Origin: a bacterium
Lineage (GTDB): Bacteria > UBA8248
Assembly: GCA_965219955.1 (NCBI GenBank)
Contig: OZ244799.1
Span: 896,001 to 960,000 of the forward strand
Reading direction: 5' to 3'
Length of the DNA stretch: 64,000 nucleotides
Part shown: positions 1-10,534 of the stretch, piece by piece
Numbering within the stretch: the stretch's first letter is position 1
How the letters are laid out: every line of letters starts with the position of its first letter
The notes under the pieces: model-generated
Seen by the model: only the letters and a program-made list of their open reading frames with translations
What the model was told of the DNA's origin: nothing
Database searches by the model: none
Translations under genes and position numbers: made by a program

Positions 1-292
1 GAAAAAGCCGCGTGGAGCGATTTTGGGAATTCAGGCAACCGACGAGAGAGAAGAAATCACTCCCCCCTTGAGGGGGAGTCGATGAGCTAAGGGCGCAAGC
101 CCGCAAGCGAATCGGTGGGGGGACATGCCGCAGAAAAAGCGCCCCCCACCGAATCGGCCTTCGCACAAACCGCTCGGCCTCTTCGACTCCCCCTCAAGGG
201 GGGAGTGAAATTCAACGCGCTCCCTCAGGGGGCTTTTTCAACAGGCCCGAGGAGAGAGGGGTCGCTTCCCCTCAAGGGGCTTTTTCAACAGC
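1..292. repeat. Composite intergenic repeat: palindromic CACTCCCCCCTTGAGGGGGAGTCG element (58-209) plus MITE-like ends TTTTTCAACAG
   Basis: Inverted copy of 58-209 at ~30996-31169; TTTTTCAACAGG/C ends at ~234-249 and ~282-292; 1-66 resembles 5507-5538 and 37119-37175. Confidence 0.8.
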
Positions 293-351
293 GCTGTTTC
301 CCCCGTCTCCGGCATGCCGAGCGGCCCGGGGGCGGGGACGAGGAGGCCGGA

Positions 352-1137
352 GTGAGTTGGCGGGTCTTACGCCTGGAGGGCGTGGGGAAGGATTTCACCC
401 GCGCCGACGGGGGCGTCGCGCAGGTATTGCGGGACGTCACCCTGACCGTGGAGCGGGGGTCTTTCTTCACCCTCCTCGGGCCGAGCGGGTGCGGCAAATC
501 CACCCTCCTCAACATCGTCGCCGGCTTCGAGGGGGCGACGACGGGAGGCGCGTCCCTCGACGAGGAGCCCGTCGCCGGACCCGGAACGGACAGGACGGTC
601 ATCTTCCAGGACGTGAGCAACGCCCTCTTTCCCTGGATGAACGCGCGCGAGAACGTGGAGTTCGGCCCGAAGATGGCCCGCCTCGGCGCCGGGGTGCGCA
701 AGGAGCGCGCCGACACGTACCTTCGGCTCGTCGGTCTCGACGCCGACGCCGGGAAGTTCCCCTTCGAACTCTCGGGCGGGATGAAGCAGCGCATCCAGAT
801 CGCACGCGCGCTGGCGAACGACCCGGACATCCTCCTCATGGACGAGCCGTTCGCGGCCCTGGACGCGATAACGAAAAAACACCTCCAGGTCGAATTCCGT
901 AAAATCTGGTCCGAGACGGGCAAGACCATTTTCTACATCACCCACGACATTTTCGAGGCGCTCCTGCTGAGCACCCACCTGGCGGTGATGACGGCCGGGC
1001 CGAAGGCGGGGATCAAGGAGGTCTTCCAACTCGACCTCGAAGAACCCCGCTCTCCGTCCAATCCCGATTTCGCCGCCATGTACAGCCGGGTCGAGACGCT
1101 CATCGACGAAGAAGTACAGAGGATGCGCGCCCGGTGA
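352..1137 (+). CDS. NitT/TauT/SsuB-family ABC transporter ATP-binding protein
   Basis: Walker A GPSGCGKS, LSGGMKQR signature, LLMDEPF Walker B; GTG at 352 follows AGGAGG; the longer upstream ORF extension is repeat DNA. Confidence 0.92.
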   Translation: MSWRVLRLEGVGKDFTRADGGVAQVLRDVTLTVERGSFFTLLGPSGCGKSTLLNIVAGFEGATTGGASLDEEPVAGPGTDRTVIFQDVSNALFPWMNARENVEFGPKMARLGAGVRKERADTYLRLVGLDADAGKFPFELSGGMKQRIQIARALANDPDILLMDEPFAALDAITKKHLQVEFRKIWSETGKTIFYITHDIFEALLLSTHLAVMTAGPKAGIKEVFQLDLEEPRSPSNPDFAAMYSRVETLIDEEVQRMRAR

Positions 1138-1901
1138 ACCGCCGGACGGTATTCTGGAGAACGCTCTCGGTCGCCGCTGCGCTCTCCCTGTGGTGGTTGA
1201 GCAGCGGCACCCTCTTCAACCCGATCCTGGTGCCCGCGCCGCACAAGGTCGCCGTGCACCTCTGGGAGATGACGGCGGACGGCGAGATCATCTTTCACGC
1301 CTGGGCCAGCCTGCGGCGCGTGATCGTCGGTTACACGCTCGGCTCCGTCCTGGGGATTCTCACGGGGGTCGCCGTCGCGCGGATCCGGATCGCCGAAGAC
1401 ATGCTGGAGCCGCCCCTTCAGTTCGTGCGCAACATCACGCCGGTCGCCATCATCCCGCTGGCGGTGAACGCCTTCGGCCTGGAGGAGCCCAGCAAGTATT
1501 TCGTCATCATCTATTCGACCATCATTCCGGTCGTCTTCAACACCGCGGCGGGGGTGGCGTCGACGCCCCAGATTCGCGTCCGCGCGGCCATGTGCCTGGG
1601 CGCGGGGCGCTGGGACATCTTCATGCGCGTGGTGCTGCCCTCGGCCTGGCCGTTCATCCTCACAGGCCTCAGGGTCGCGCTCGGCTTCGCGTTCATGGGG
1701 GTGGTGGCCGCGGAGATGATCGCGGCCGAGTCCGGCGTGGGCTACCTCATCATGCAAAGCCGGAACATGCTGCTGCCCGAGCAGATGTTCTCGGGGCTGT
1801 TCCTGCTGGGCCTGATCGGGCTCGTGACGGATCGCGCCTTCCAGTTCACCATCGGCAGGCTCATGCGGCGCTATATGCTGCAGACGGCCGCGTTCGACTG
1901 A
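1134..1901 (+). CDS. NitT/TauT ABC transporter permease
   Basis: Hydrophobic; ASLRR, EAA-like loop RAAMCLGA, VVAAEM..A.SGVG; overlaps the ATPase stop (GTGA). Confidence 0.9.
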   Translation: MNRRTVFWRTLSVAAALSLWWLSSGTLFNPILVPAPHKVAVHLWEMTADGEIIFHAWASLRRVIVGYTLGSVLGILTGVAVARIRIAEDMLEPPLQFVRNITPVAIIPLAVNAFGLEEPSKYFVIIYSTIIPVVFNTAAGVASTPQIRVRAAMCLGAGRWDIFMRVVLPSAWPFILTGLRVALGFAFMGVVAAEMIAAESGVGYLIMQSRNMLLPEQMFSGLFLLGLIGLVTDRAFQFTIGRLMRRYMLQTAAFD

Positions 1902-1924
1902 TACGGGACGGGAGACGGGAAAGA

Positions 1925-2683
1925 ATGAATGCGGGCAAATTGGCGAGGCTGTCGGTTTCGATCCTGGTGTTCACAGGGGTCTGGTGGACGTCGAGCGGGA
2001 CCTTCTTCGAGGAGGCGATCGTTCCCTCTCCCGTCTCGGTGGCCGGGAAACTCGGCGAAATGATCTGGAACACCGAGCTGTTCGCCCACCTCGGAGCGAG
2101 CCTGCGGCGCATCGTCCTGGGCTACGCCCTGGGCTGCGTCATCGGGGTCGTGGTCGGCGTGGCGACCGGGGCGATTCGACTGGCCCGCGACCTCATCGAG
2201 CCGCCGCTGGAATTTTGCCGGAACATCCCGCCGGTGGCCCTCATCCCGCTGGTCGTCTCGATCTTCGGCATCGGCGAGATCGGAAAGTACTTCATCATCT
2301 CCTACGCCGCGGGGATCGCGGTGCTGTTCAACACCGCGGCAGGCGTCGCCTCCACGCCTCAGATCAGGGTCCGGGCCGCCCTCTGCCTGGGCGCGCGCAA
2401 ACAAGACATCTTCATGCGGGTCGTCCTGCCTTCGGCCTGGCCCCACGTCCTCACCGGGCTCAGGCTCGCGCTGGGCTTCTCCTTCATGGGCGTCGTGGCC
2501 GCGGAGATGCTGGCCGCGGACCAGGGCATCGGCTTCCTCATCATGCAGAGCACGAACATCATCGCGCCCGCCGAGATGTTCGTCGGGTTCCTGATGCTGG
2601 GCTCGTTCGGCCTCATCACCGACCAGCTCTTCCGGATGACCATCCACAGGCTCATGCGGCGCTATATGATTCCCATGGCGTGA
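1925..2683 (+). CDS. NitT/TauT ABC transporter permease (paralogue)
   Basis: C-terminal part of ORF 1190-2683 from ATG 1925; shares FNTAAGVASTPQIRVRAA and RLMRRYM with the previous gene. Confidence 0.9.
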   Translation: MNAGKLARLSVSILVFTGVWWTSSGTFFEEAIVPSPVSVAGKLGEMIWNTELFAHLGASLRRIVLGYALGCVIGVVVGVATGAIRLARDLIEPPLEFCRNIPPVALIPLVVSIFGIGEIGKYFIISYAAGIAVLFNTAAGVASTPQIRVRAALCLGARKQDIFMRVVLPSAWPHVLTGLRLALGFSFMGVVAAEMLAADQGIGFLIMQSTNIIAPAEMFVGFLMLGSFGLITDQLFRMTIHRLMRRYMIPMA

Positions 2684-3020
2684 AGCTGGAAAGACGCGGG
2701 GGACCGAACGGCCCGGGGGGTGTTCCGGCACTATGAGCCGAGGCCTGTGGGCTTAGTCTCTGGTCTCTGGCGGGCCGCGGGGAGGCCGGCCGGGACGTAC
2801 GACGGAGCCTCGCGCACGACGCCTGCGATGATGTTTCAGGGGTTCTGTCCGCGCGTCCTGTTCGGCGCCGGCAGGCGCGAACGACCCCGGGTTCGTCTCT
2901 ATACGGCTCACGTATGTATGTGTATGGTGTTTCAAAATTCACCCTTTCATAAGAAGAAACCAAATCAGAAACAATAATCGTTTCGCGCAAAAGGCATTCG
3001 CCGTTCTTCTCTCGCTCGCG

Positions 3021-4463
3021 TTGATATTGTCGGGCTGCGGTGGAGGCGGCGGGGGCGGTTTCGGACCCGCCGTTATCGGTTCTTTCGGTATCCAGAACAC
3101 CGCGGGGGTGGATATACGGGATACGTGGAAATCGACCGAGCCGATCGCCTCCTATTTCGGCCTGCAAGGAGGCGGCAGTCTCCCCCGGTTCGAGGGTCTG
3201 GACCCGTCGGGGTATTCCGTCCTGGGTTCGAAGGACGGGATCACGTACGCGCAGCGGATGTCGGGTCCGACGGACACGATTGATATTGACTTCATTGGGG
3301 ATTTTGATGGGTATTTTGATACGTTACCGGATTACGTGCAGGGCACCATAGAAAGAGCGGGAAAGGCCTGGTCTCACAGGCTCAAGGATGTGCTCGGATC
3401 CTTCATGTCAACAGATGAAGTGGTGACACGCAAGGGGAGGAATGAGTTGGGGCATACCATCCCGCGTCTGGTGGACGGGATTCTTCTTGATTTTGAAACT
3501 GATTTCGAGAATCCCAAGTGGGATTATGCTTGGGGGGGATCCAGGGGGCTATACCGGTACGAACAAGTAGTGGGACAGGATTTTACGGTAAGGACGGGCT
3601 GGTTTGAGGTGGCGGCGGGTGACATCAACAGTGGACCATTGTGGTTCGCTTATATTGCCGCTCATGAGATTGGCCACGCAATCGGGAGTGGTTTGGAATT
3701 TGGCAGAAGCGACATACCCGAAGCAATTGAACGTTATGTGGACTATGACCGGGGGGTATGGACCGGCCCGGAATTGACGGCGGCCAACGGAGGCAGGAAC
3801 GTGCGCTTCCAGAAGGATCGCGACGGCGAACCGGATTTTGGTCATCTGGGCGCCTGCCCGATGATCATGTCCTATTGCGGCCCTGAGATTGCGATTCCGC
3901 ATGAGATGGATTTCGCCTACATGAAGGATATCGGATACACCGTGGCGGATGACTATCCTGCCGAGCCTGAGCTCTACAGTTACGGCGCATGGGCGAAGCA
4001 CTCGGCGTGGGTGGTTACGACGGCCCGGCACATGACCTTCACTTCCACTCGCATCACCGATCGCATTACGGTGGAGGCGGACGTTTTCGGGAATCCGGCA
4101 GTCACCAATTTCGCCGATGCGCATACGGGCACGCTGACGTGGAACGGCTCCCTGCTGGCTACCGATATGAATAAGTTCGCTCCGGTGTTCGGCGAGGCGG
4201 AAATCGTTCTCTCGGCCGATACGCTCGACGGCACGGCGCGGTTTATGAATCTTCGCACGGCAGTTGACGTGGAAGCGCAGGCCCGGCTGACGGGATGGCG
4301 TAAATCCGGCCTGGCGTATGACGTGACGGTGGAAGCAAACGGTTTCACCGACGCGGACGGAAAAGTGATTGGCGGGTTTTACGGCCCGAACCACGAGGAG
4401 GCGGCGGGGATTCTCGATGATCGGGCGGAGAAAATTCTCGGCGCCTTCGGCGGGAGAAGATGA
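3021..4463 (+). CDS. Surface lipoprotein: HEXXH zinc metalloprotease (leishmanolysin-like) plus C-terminal TbpB-like beta-barrel; true start uncertain, probably upstream
   Basis: Lipobox LSGC + poly-Gly; AHEIGHAIG; GHLG..IMSYC; C-terminal GGFYGPNHEEAAG..GAFGGRR; paralogous to 33612-35384. Confidence 0.75.
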   Translation: MILSGCGGGGGGGFGPAVIGSFGIQNTAGVDIRDTWKSTEPIASYFGLQGGGSLPRFEGLDPSGYSVLGSKDGITYAQRMSGPTDTIDIDFIGDFDGYFDTLPDYVQGTIERAGKAWSHRLKDVLGSFMSTDEVVTRKGRNELGHTIPRLVDGILLDFETDFENPKWDYAWGGSRGLYRYEQVVGQDFTVRTGWFEVAAGDINSGPLWFAYIAAHEIGHAIGSGLEFGRSDIPEAIERYVDYDRGVWTGPELTAANGGRNVRFQKDRDGEPDFGHLGACPMIMSYCGPEIAIPHEMDFAYMKDIGYTVADDYPAEPELYSYGAWAKHSAWVVTTARHMTFTSTRITDRITVEADVFGNPAVTNFADAHTGTLTWNGSLLATDMNKFAPVFGEAEIVLSADTLDGTARFMNLRTAVDVEAQARLTGWRKSGLAYDVTVEANGFTDADGKVIGGFYGPNHEEAAGILDDRAEKILGAFGGRR

Positions 4464-4784
4464 GGACGGTTGCGACGCCCACTCGCTGCGCTTCCCGGTT
4501 CCGGCCGACAGATAAAACAGGGGAAAGACTTGGCGCACGGCACGAAGGCATGGGCGGTGTCGTCGAGAGAAGCGATATGTCCGCCGGATTCGGTGGAACG
4601 CGATAGAAAAAGATGGAAAGCCAAGGATGCTGTAGTGGGGATGGCGAAATATCAGGCTGATTCGTATCTTTTATTCCGCTCTAATCAATTAATCTGGGGT
4701 TTGTCTACTCTTTCTGGTATTTCCTGAAGAATCTCTCGCCTCGATACTGACTTGGGATGCTGTTCACCCGGAATCGAGGTTCGT

Positions 4785-4854
4785 ATCATGCTGAGCACGA
4801 ACATCGTCGCGCCCGCCGAGATGTTCGTCGGGTTCTTCATGTTGGTCTCGCTCG
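4785..4854 (+). pseudogene. ~70-bp duplicated fragment of the permease 3' region (2540-2609)
   Basis: Encodes IMLSTNIVAPAEMFVGFFML vs IMQSTNIIAPAEMFVGFLML. Confidence 0.75.
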
Positions 4855-4949
4855 TCGTGACGCCATACCGGCGCGAAAGGATTTGACTCGCGGATCGGTT
4901 GTTGGGCCCATAAGGGGATAACCCCTCCCCGGTCGCGTTCGACGCCCAG

Positions 4950-5810
4950 CCTCCCTTGAGGAGTCTGTTGAAAAAGTCCCCCAAGGGGTTGTTGACTCCC
5001 CCCCCAATCGGGGCTGTTGAAAAACCCTGCAATGCCAGGATTGCCGGAATGACGACGATCTACGGGTCGAGGCCGGCGTAGGGGCCGTTCGCGAACGGCC
5101 CCTACAGGCTTTCTTCTCGCCGGTCGCATCGAACCCTCGTTCATCGGGCCTTTTTCAAGAAACCCCTCAGGGGGGAGCGTCCACCCCATCGACCCGCTCG
5201 GGATGGCCTTTCGACAGGCTCAGGACAGGCCCTTCGATACGCGGCTTCGCCGCTACTCAGGGTGAGGGGTGCCGGGGAACGGCGGAGCCTGCCCCGAGCG
5301 AAGTCGAGGAGGCGGCTGCTCGGGGCGAGAGTGATATGGCGGTTGCTCAGGGTGAGGAAGACATAAAACTTCCTCATCCCGAGCAGGCTCGCCAGGGCCG
5401 TATCGAAGGTCAAACGCGACTGATGAGGGGTTGTTGAAAAAGTCATACTCGGCCGGAATTAACTACCGCCGACGCGGCTACGGACTTCTCCTTAGTACTC
5501 ATTGCCAACCGACGAGAGAGAAGAGAATCACTCCCCCCATGAGGGCCTGTTGAAAAAGTCCTCTCAAGCGGTGGGGGTACGATGGTTTTGTAGGGACAGG
5601 CCTCCGTGCCTGTCCTGCCCTCCATGGTTGTCCTTCGTCAGGACAGGCACGGAGGCCTGTCCCTACGGTAAACAATTCGATGATCGGGATTCCCTCCGTT
5701 CTTCGGGAGGACTTTTTCAACAACCCCTTGACAGGGGGGTAAAAAAAGAAAGCCCCCGGCGAGGGGGGGGGTAAAGGCAATGCCCCGACCTGGAGTTTTT
5801 CAAGAATCCC
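4950..5810. repeat. Nested MITE/REP cluster
   Basis: TGTTGAAAAA-type left ends near 4961, 5010, 5427, 5543 and TTTTTCAA right ends near 5151, 5713, 5796; they enclose GTAG-type palindromes (5078-5106, 5590-5666) and CCCTTCGATAC..CTCAGG repeats. Confidence 0.8.
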
Positions 5811-6069
5811 TCATCGGTCGGGTTTGGCCCCGCGTGGTTGTCCGCTCCCGGGGTTTTCCGTAGCCGGGCCGGACGCGGGGGCCGGACAGGACGCGGCCTG
5901 TCCATGCAAGCGGATTCACTCGCCGTGTCGTCGATCCGGCGAGATCAATCGGCGGGAACGACGCATTTGCCCGCATTTGCCGCTGTTCATCTCCTCCCGT
6001 GCTTCCCTAGACTGCGGGAGCGGGATATCCCCCTTCAGCCCCGGCCGAAGAGGGGAGGGCCGCCGGGAC

Positions 6070-6358
6070 TTCTCCCGTGAATTTCATAAGGGCATGTCCG
6101 GTGAAGGAATCGAATTTCCCGTAGCCGTTTTCATAAGGGCATACCCGGCGGGGCAGCCGTATTTCCTGCAGCCGTTTTCACAGGGGCGAACCCGGTGGAG
6201 GGATCGAATGTCTCGCAGTCATTTTCATAGAGGCGAACCGGGCTGTAATACCGTATTCCACGCAGCCGCATACCCATGGGTGATGAGGAGGGCTTACCAA
6301 ATTCCTCGCAGCCGTTTCATCAAGGTGAACCCGATGAGTCACCAAATCTCCTGGAGCC
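6070..6358. repeat. Degenerate non-coding tandem array, ~47-nt period, 6 units plus a partial unit
   Basis: Units start at 6070, 6116, 6163, 6210, 6257, 6303, 6348; core GCAGCCGTTTTCATA-GGGCGAACCCGG. Confidence 0.75.
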
Positions 6359-6719
6359 TCGTGGACGCAGACGGAGGGATGAAACCTCCCCTGAGCGCGG
6401 GTATGCTCCCGGTTTTTGAATTCGTGAAAAATTCGATAAATACCGATAAATTACTGAAAATATCTGCGGATAGAATGAACTGTATATTTTCCTGTAATTT
6501 AACTGGTTGCCGGATAATATTAAAGTAACACATTAAATAATTACGGAAATTTATCGAATGAAAAGTTTTTTTCAGCCCCCGCATTTGCCCGCAATTGCGC
6601 GATCTGATGCCGCGCCCTCCCGGTGGGCCGCCGCCCGCCTTCCCGCGCCTTGTGGCCTCGGGTTCCGTGGGTGGTGTATAACGTGGCCGGACTTTGGATG
6701 GTATCCTCTGGAGGCGGTG

Positions 6720-7781
6720 ATGGCGAAGCGCGTGGTGGTGGCGATGAGCGGCGGGGTGGACTCTTCGGTGGCCGCTGCCCTCATGGTGGAGGGGGGGTAT
6801 GAGGCCATCGGCGTGGGGCTTCGCCTGGCGGACAGGCCCGCGCAGGAATCGTTCCACCGGGGCTGTTGCGCGCCGCGCGATCTGGCCGATGCCCGCGCCG
6901 TGGCGGCACAGCTCGGCATCCCCTTCTACGTGATGGACGTGCGCGAATCCTTCAGGGAGAGCGTGATCGAGGACTTCGTAAACGAGTATGAAAACGGCAG
7001 AACGCCCGTGCCCTGCGTCAAGTGCAACCAGGTGGTGAAGTTCGACTATCTCGCCGAGCGCGCGATGGCGTTCGGCGCGGAGTTGCTCGTCACGGGCCAT
7101 TACGCCAGACGGGTGGAGGTCGGCGGGAGGCTGAGCGTCGCCAGGAGTCTCGACAAACAGAAGGACCAGACCTATTTCCTCTTCGGCATGACGCAGGAGC
7201 AACTCGCGCGCACCGCGTTCCCCCTGGGGGAGTTCACGAAGGAGCAAACGAGGGAATACGCCAGAAAACTGGGCCTTGCCACCGCGGAGAAGCCCGAAAG
7301 CCAGGAGATCTGCTTCGTGCCGAAGGATGACTACCGCGCTTTCCTCAAGACGGAGAAACCGGGCATCGACAGGCCGGGAGACATCGTGGACCTGGAGGGA
7401 AACGTGCTCGGCAGACACGGGGGGGTAACCAACTTCACCGTGGGGCAAAGGCGGGGCCTCGATTTGGGTGGCGGTCCGCCGCGCTACGTGGTGGAACTCG
7501 AAGCGGATTCGGCCACCGTCGTGGTGGGTGAGCGCGGGTCCTTGGCGCGCGAAGTGTTCTGGGCCCGGGACGTGCGCTGGTCGATTCCCCCCGAATCCGC
7601 GGATTTGCAGGTGCAGGTGCGGCACCGGGGCCGCGCCGCCGCCTGCGACGTGACGCCCGGAGACGACGGGACCGTCGAGATCAGGCCCCATGACCCCACG
7701 TATCTGGGCGCCGTGGCGCCCGGGCAGGCGGCCGTTTTCTACGCCGGCGACGTGCTCTACGGCGGCGGTTGGGTGGCCTAG
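6720..7781 (+). CDS. mnmA: tRNA 2-thiouridine(34) synthase MnmA
   Basis: [54 protein letters not shown]. Confidence 0.97.
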   Translation: MAKRVVVAMSGGVDSSVAAALMVEGGYEAIGVGLRLADRPAQESFHRGCCAPRDLADARAVAAQLGIPFYVMDVRESFRESVIEDFVNEYENGRTPVPCVKCNQVVKFDYLAERAMAFGAELLVTGHYARRVEVGGRLSVARSLDKQKDQTYFLFGMTQEQLARTAFPLGEFTKEQTREYARKLGLATAEKPESQEICFVPKDDYRAFLKTEKPGIDRPGDIVDLEGNVLGRHGGVTNFTVGQRRGLDLGGGPPRYVVELEADSATVVVGERGSLAREVFWARDVRWSIPPESADLQVQVRHRGRAAACDVTPGDDGTVEIRPHDPTYLGAVAPGQAAVFYAGDVLYGGGWVA

Positions 7782-7782
7782 A

Positions 7783-8406
7783 GTGAAACGCATCCTTCTC
7801 GCTGCGATGGTGTTGTTCCTGGCAGTCTCTGCTTCCGCCCAGGAGCAGGACAAGAACCCGGAAGGGGCATACCTTCCGCTGCTCGGCTCCCATCAGGGCG
7901 AGCTGCTGGTCGCGCGCCCGGGTATGCCGGACGGTCGGTTTCACCAGAGCGTCATTCTTCTGGTGGAACACAATGAAAATGGGGCTTTCGGGCTGATAGT
8001 GAATCGTGTGGCGCAGAGAATTCCGCTCTCCGCGCTTTTCAGAAGTTTTGGTATCAAGGCGCCTCGAGACATGAGCCAGGTGAACATCCACTACGGTGGA
8101 CCCGTGTCGCCCGACACCGGCTTCGTGCTCCATACGACAGAACATGAACTCAACGTGATACACGACGTGGGAGAGAATGTGGCGATAAGCCCGGTGGATG
8201 CGGTCCTCCGGGCCATGACCCGAGGCAAACGACCCGAGAAAATCGTTATCGCGGTCGGCTACGCCGGCTGGGGCGCCGGGCAGTTGGAGAGCGAGATGAA
8301 GCGCGGAGACTGGTATACGGCGCCTGCGGATCCGGATATTTTGTTCGATGATGATCATGCGAGCAAATGGAGCCGGGCCATGGAGCGGCGATTCCGGGTG
8401 ATGTAG
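7783..8406 (+). CDS. YqgE/AlgH (DUF179) family protein with N-terminal signal-like peptide
   Basis: F.QSVILL.EH...GAFGLIVN, YGGPV, GYAGWGAGQLESE. Confidence 0.88.
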   Translation: MKRILLAAMVLFLAVSASAQEQDKNPEGAYLPLLGSHQGELLVARPGMPDGRFHQSVILLVEHNENGAFGLIVNRVAQRIPLSALFRSFGIKAPRDMSQVNIHYGGPVSPDTGFVLHTTEHELNVIHDVGENVAISPVDAVLRAMTRGKRPEKIVIAVGYAGWGAGQLESEMKRGDWYTAPADPDILFDDDHASKWSRAMERRFRVM

Positions 8407-8519
8407 GTTCTACGAGGGCATCAATGATCCGGCGAGTTTATATCGGGCGCCACGCGGCAAGCTCAGCGAGTTCCTCAACGGTGCTGTTCGGCTGGAAAAC
8501 TTCCCGCACGATCCTGCTG

Positions 8520-8864
8520 CTAGCCCGGCGGCCATTCCATGCGGCGTCCGCCCAGGAGGTGAAAGTGGATGTGAAAGACCGTCTGGCCCCCGTTTTCTCC
8601 GCAATTCGCGACGATACGGAATCCTTCTTGCGCGATTCCCCGTTTTCGGGCGATTTCATTCGCAACAACGAAAATCGAGCCAATCAGCTCCTTGTCCGCA
8701 TCCTGTATTTCGTGGAGCGTCTCCATGTGTTTTTTGGGGATGATCAGAATATGCGTGGGCGCCGCAGGGTTGACGTCTTCAAATGCAAACAATGCGTCAT
8801 CTTCATACACTTTTTTGCAAGGGATCTCGCCGGCTACGATTTTGCAAAAGACGCAAGATTGCAT
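8520..8864 (-). CDS. hinT: HIT family histidine triad nucleotide-binding protein
   Basis: CVFCKI, HILIIPKKH, GGQTVFHIHFHLLGGR..WPPG. Confidence 0.93.
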   Translation of the reverse strand: MQSCVFCKIVAGEIPCKKVYEDDALFAFEDVNPAAPTHILIIPKKHMETLHEIQDADKELIGSIFVVANEIARKRGIAQEGFRIVANCGENGGQTVFHIHFHLLGGRRMEWPPG

Positions 8865-9065
8865 TTTATATCTCCAAAATGGTGAGAGTATGCAAACGAT
8901 GGAAAATTCTATCCGCAAGTTATGCCTATGACAAACGCATCTGTATCCCGAGGGTATGAAGAAGGGTTCCCGCTCTTGCGCGGAGGCGGGATTCAGCCGG
9001 TTCTGGTATGATTTCCGGATAGAGAAAAACACCTGCCCGGTCGTGGGCTTACATCTCAAAATCAC

Positions 9066-10487
9066 ATGCCGACTTTAGCGGAAGGAGAAGTTCGAATGAA
9101 TATAAGCCGAATGCTCGTCGAGCACGTTCACGCCATTACATATGATTCTCTGCCCGATGAGGCCAGGGACCGCGCAAAGTATTTCCTGCTCGATCACCTC
9201 GGCGTTACATTGAGGGCGATGGAAGCGGCCAGTTCCCGGGTTTTTCATAATTTCGCCCAAAAGCGCGCTCCCCGGGGCGGGCCGTGCTCCATCATCGGTT
9301 CGGCTTTGAAAACGGATGCCCCTCATGCCGCGCTGGTGAACGGCGGCGTGAGCCACGCTACCGAAATGGATGATGTGACTACGCGCTCCAGCCTGCATCC
9401 CGCGGTCAGCGTCATGCCCAGCACGTTAGCCGTTGCCGAAGCGCATCAGCCCGACCCGAAGCGCGTGATCGCCGCTATCGTGGCAGGCTATGAAGTGACC
9501 AATCGCATTGGCAATGCCGTGAACCCGACGAGCCACTATGAGCGCGGGTTCCATCCCACGGGCACCTGCGGCACTTTCGCCTCCGCGATTACGGCGTCGA
9601 AGCTTCTGGGGCTGTCGGTCGAGGCCACCTCCAATGCAATGGGCATTTCGGGCAGCCAGGCGGCGGGATCGATGCAATACCTGGATAACGGCGCCTGGAC
9701 GAAGAGGTTTCACCCGGGATGGGCGGCGCATAGCGGTATCATCGCCGCCTATCTGGCCCAGGAGGGATATACGGGACCGGAAGATATCCTGGGCGGGAAG
9801 ACGGGATTTTTGCATGGCCATAGCGATGACTATTCGCCCGAGTATGTTGTGGAGCACTTTGGGGAGTACTGGGAAATCTGCGAGAGCGCCATAAAGCCCT
9901 ACGCTTGTTGTCGCTATAACCACGCTTCAATCGACGCCACAATCGAAGTCTGCAAAGCGCATGATATTCAGCCGGAGGAAATCAGACGAGTTAAAGTCCG
10001 GGTTCCAGAGACGAGCGTGATGGTGGTCATCGAACCCTATGACATGAAAACAAATCCGCAAAACATCGTTGATGCGCAGTTCAGCCTTCAATATGCAGTG
10101 GCTGTAGCGATTCTCAGGCGCGCCGCAGGACTTGATGAGTATGCCGACGATTTCCTTCGCTCCCAGGTTTACTCCTCGATCATCAAGAAAATTGAATGTT
10201 GCGGCGATGCCGAAATGGAAAAGGAATTTCCGGATAAATGGCAGGCGCATGTCGAAATCGAGACCGATCGCGGCGCTTTCGAAGCGCATCAGGATTATCC
10301 AAAAGGGGATTCGCGCAATCCGTTGACGTGGGATGAGTTGATCGAGCGATTCTACGTGATGACGGCCCCGGTGCTTGAAAAGGAAACGGGGGATTTGCTG
10401 ATCGAGCGGGTGAGGAATTTGGAAAATCTCAACAGCATCTCAGAGGTCATGGAACTTTTGTCCAAAGGGCAGGGAGTTCCAGCCTGA
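9066..10487 (+). CDS. MmgE/PrpD family protein
   Basis: SHATEMDD, HP, GYEV, GFHPTG, KPYACCRYNH, DAQFS, PKGD.RNP. Confidence 0.9.
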   Translation: MPTLAEGEVRMNISRMLVEHVHAITYDSLPDEARDRAKYFLLDHLGVTLRAMEAASSRVFHNFAQKRAPRGGPCSIIGSALKTDAPHAALVNGGVSHATEMDDVTTRSSLHPAVSVMPSTLAVAEAHQPDPKRVIAAIVAGYEVTNRIGNAVNPTSHYERGFHPTGTCGTFASAITASKLLGLSVEATSNAMGISGSQAAGSMQYLDNGAWTKRFHPGWAAHSGIIAAYLAQEGYTGPEDILGGKTGFLHGHSDDYSPEYVVEHFGEYWEICESAIKPYACCRYNHASIDATIEVCKAHDIQPEEIRRVKVRVPETSVMVVIEPYDMKTNPQNIVDAQFSLQYAVAVAILRRAAGLDEYADDFLRSQVYSSIIKKIECCGDAEMEKEFPDKWQAHVEIETDRGAFEAHQDYPKGDSRNPLTWDELIERFYVMTAPVLEKETGDLLIERVRNLENLNSISEVMELLSKGQGVPA

Positions 10488-10534
10488 TGATTCATAAGCT
10501 GGGAACGAGGCCGTTTCAAATCGGGCGCTTTGTT

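Noticed and set aside
115-351. N-terminal extension of the ABC ATPase
   Set aside because: Lies in repeat DNA; an RBS supports the start at 352
6070-6358. CRISPR array
   Set aside because: Period too short, repeats degenerate, variable parts related to each other, no cas genes in the window
6420-6570. oriC
   Set aside because: AT-rich, but no convincing TTATCCACA DnaA boxes were seen and no dnaA/mnmG is nearby
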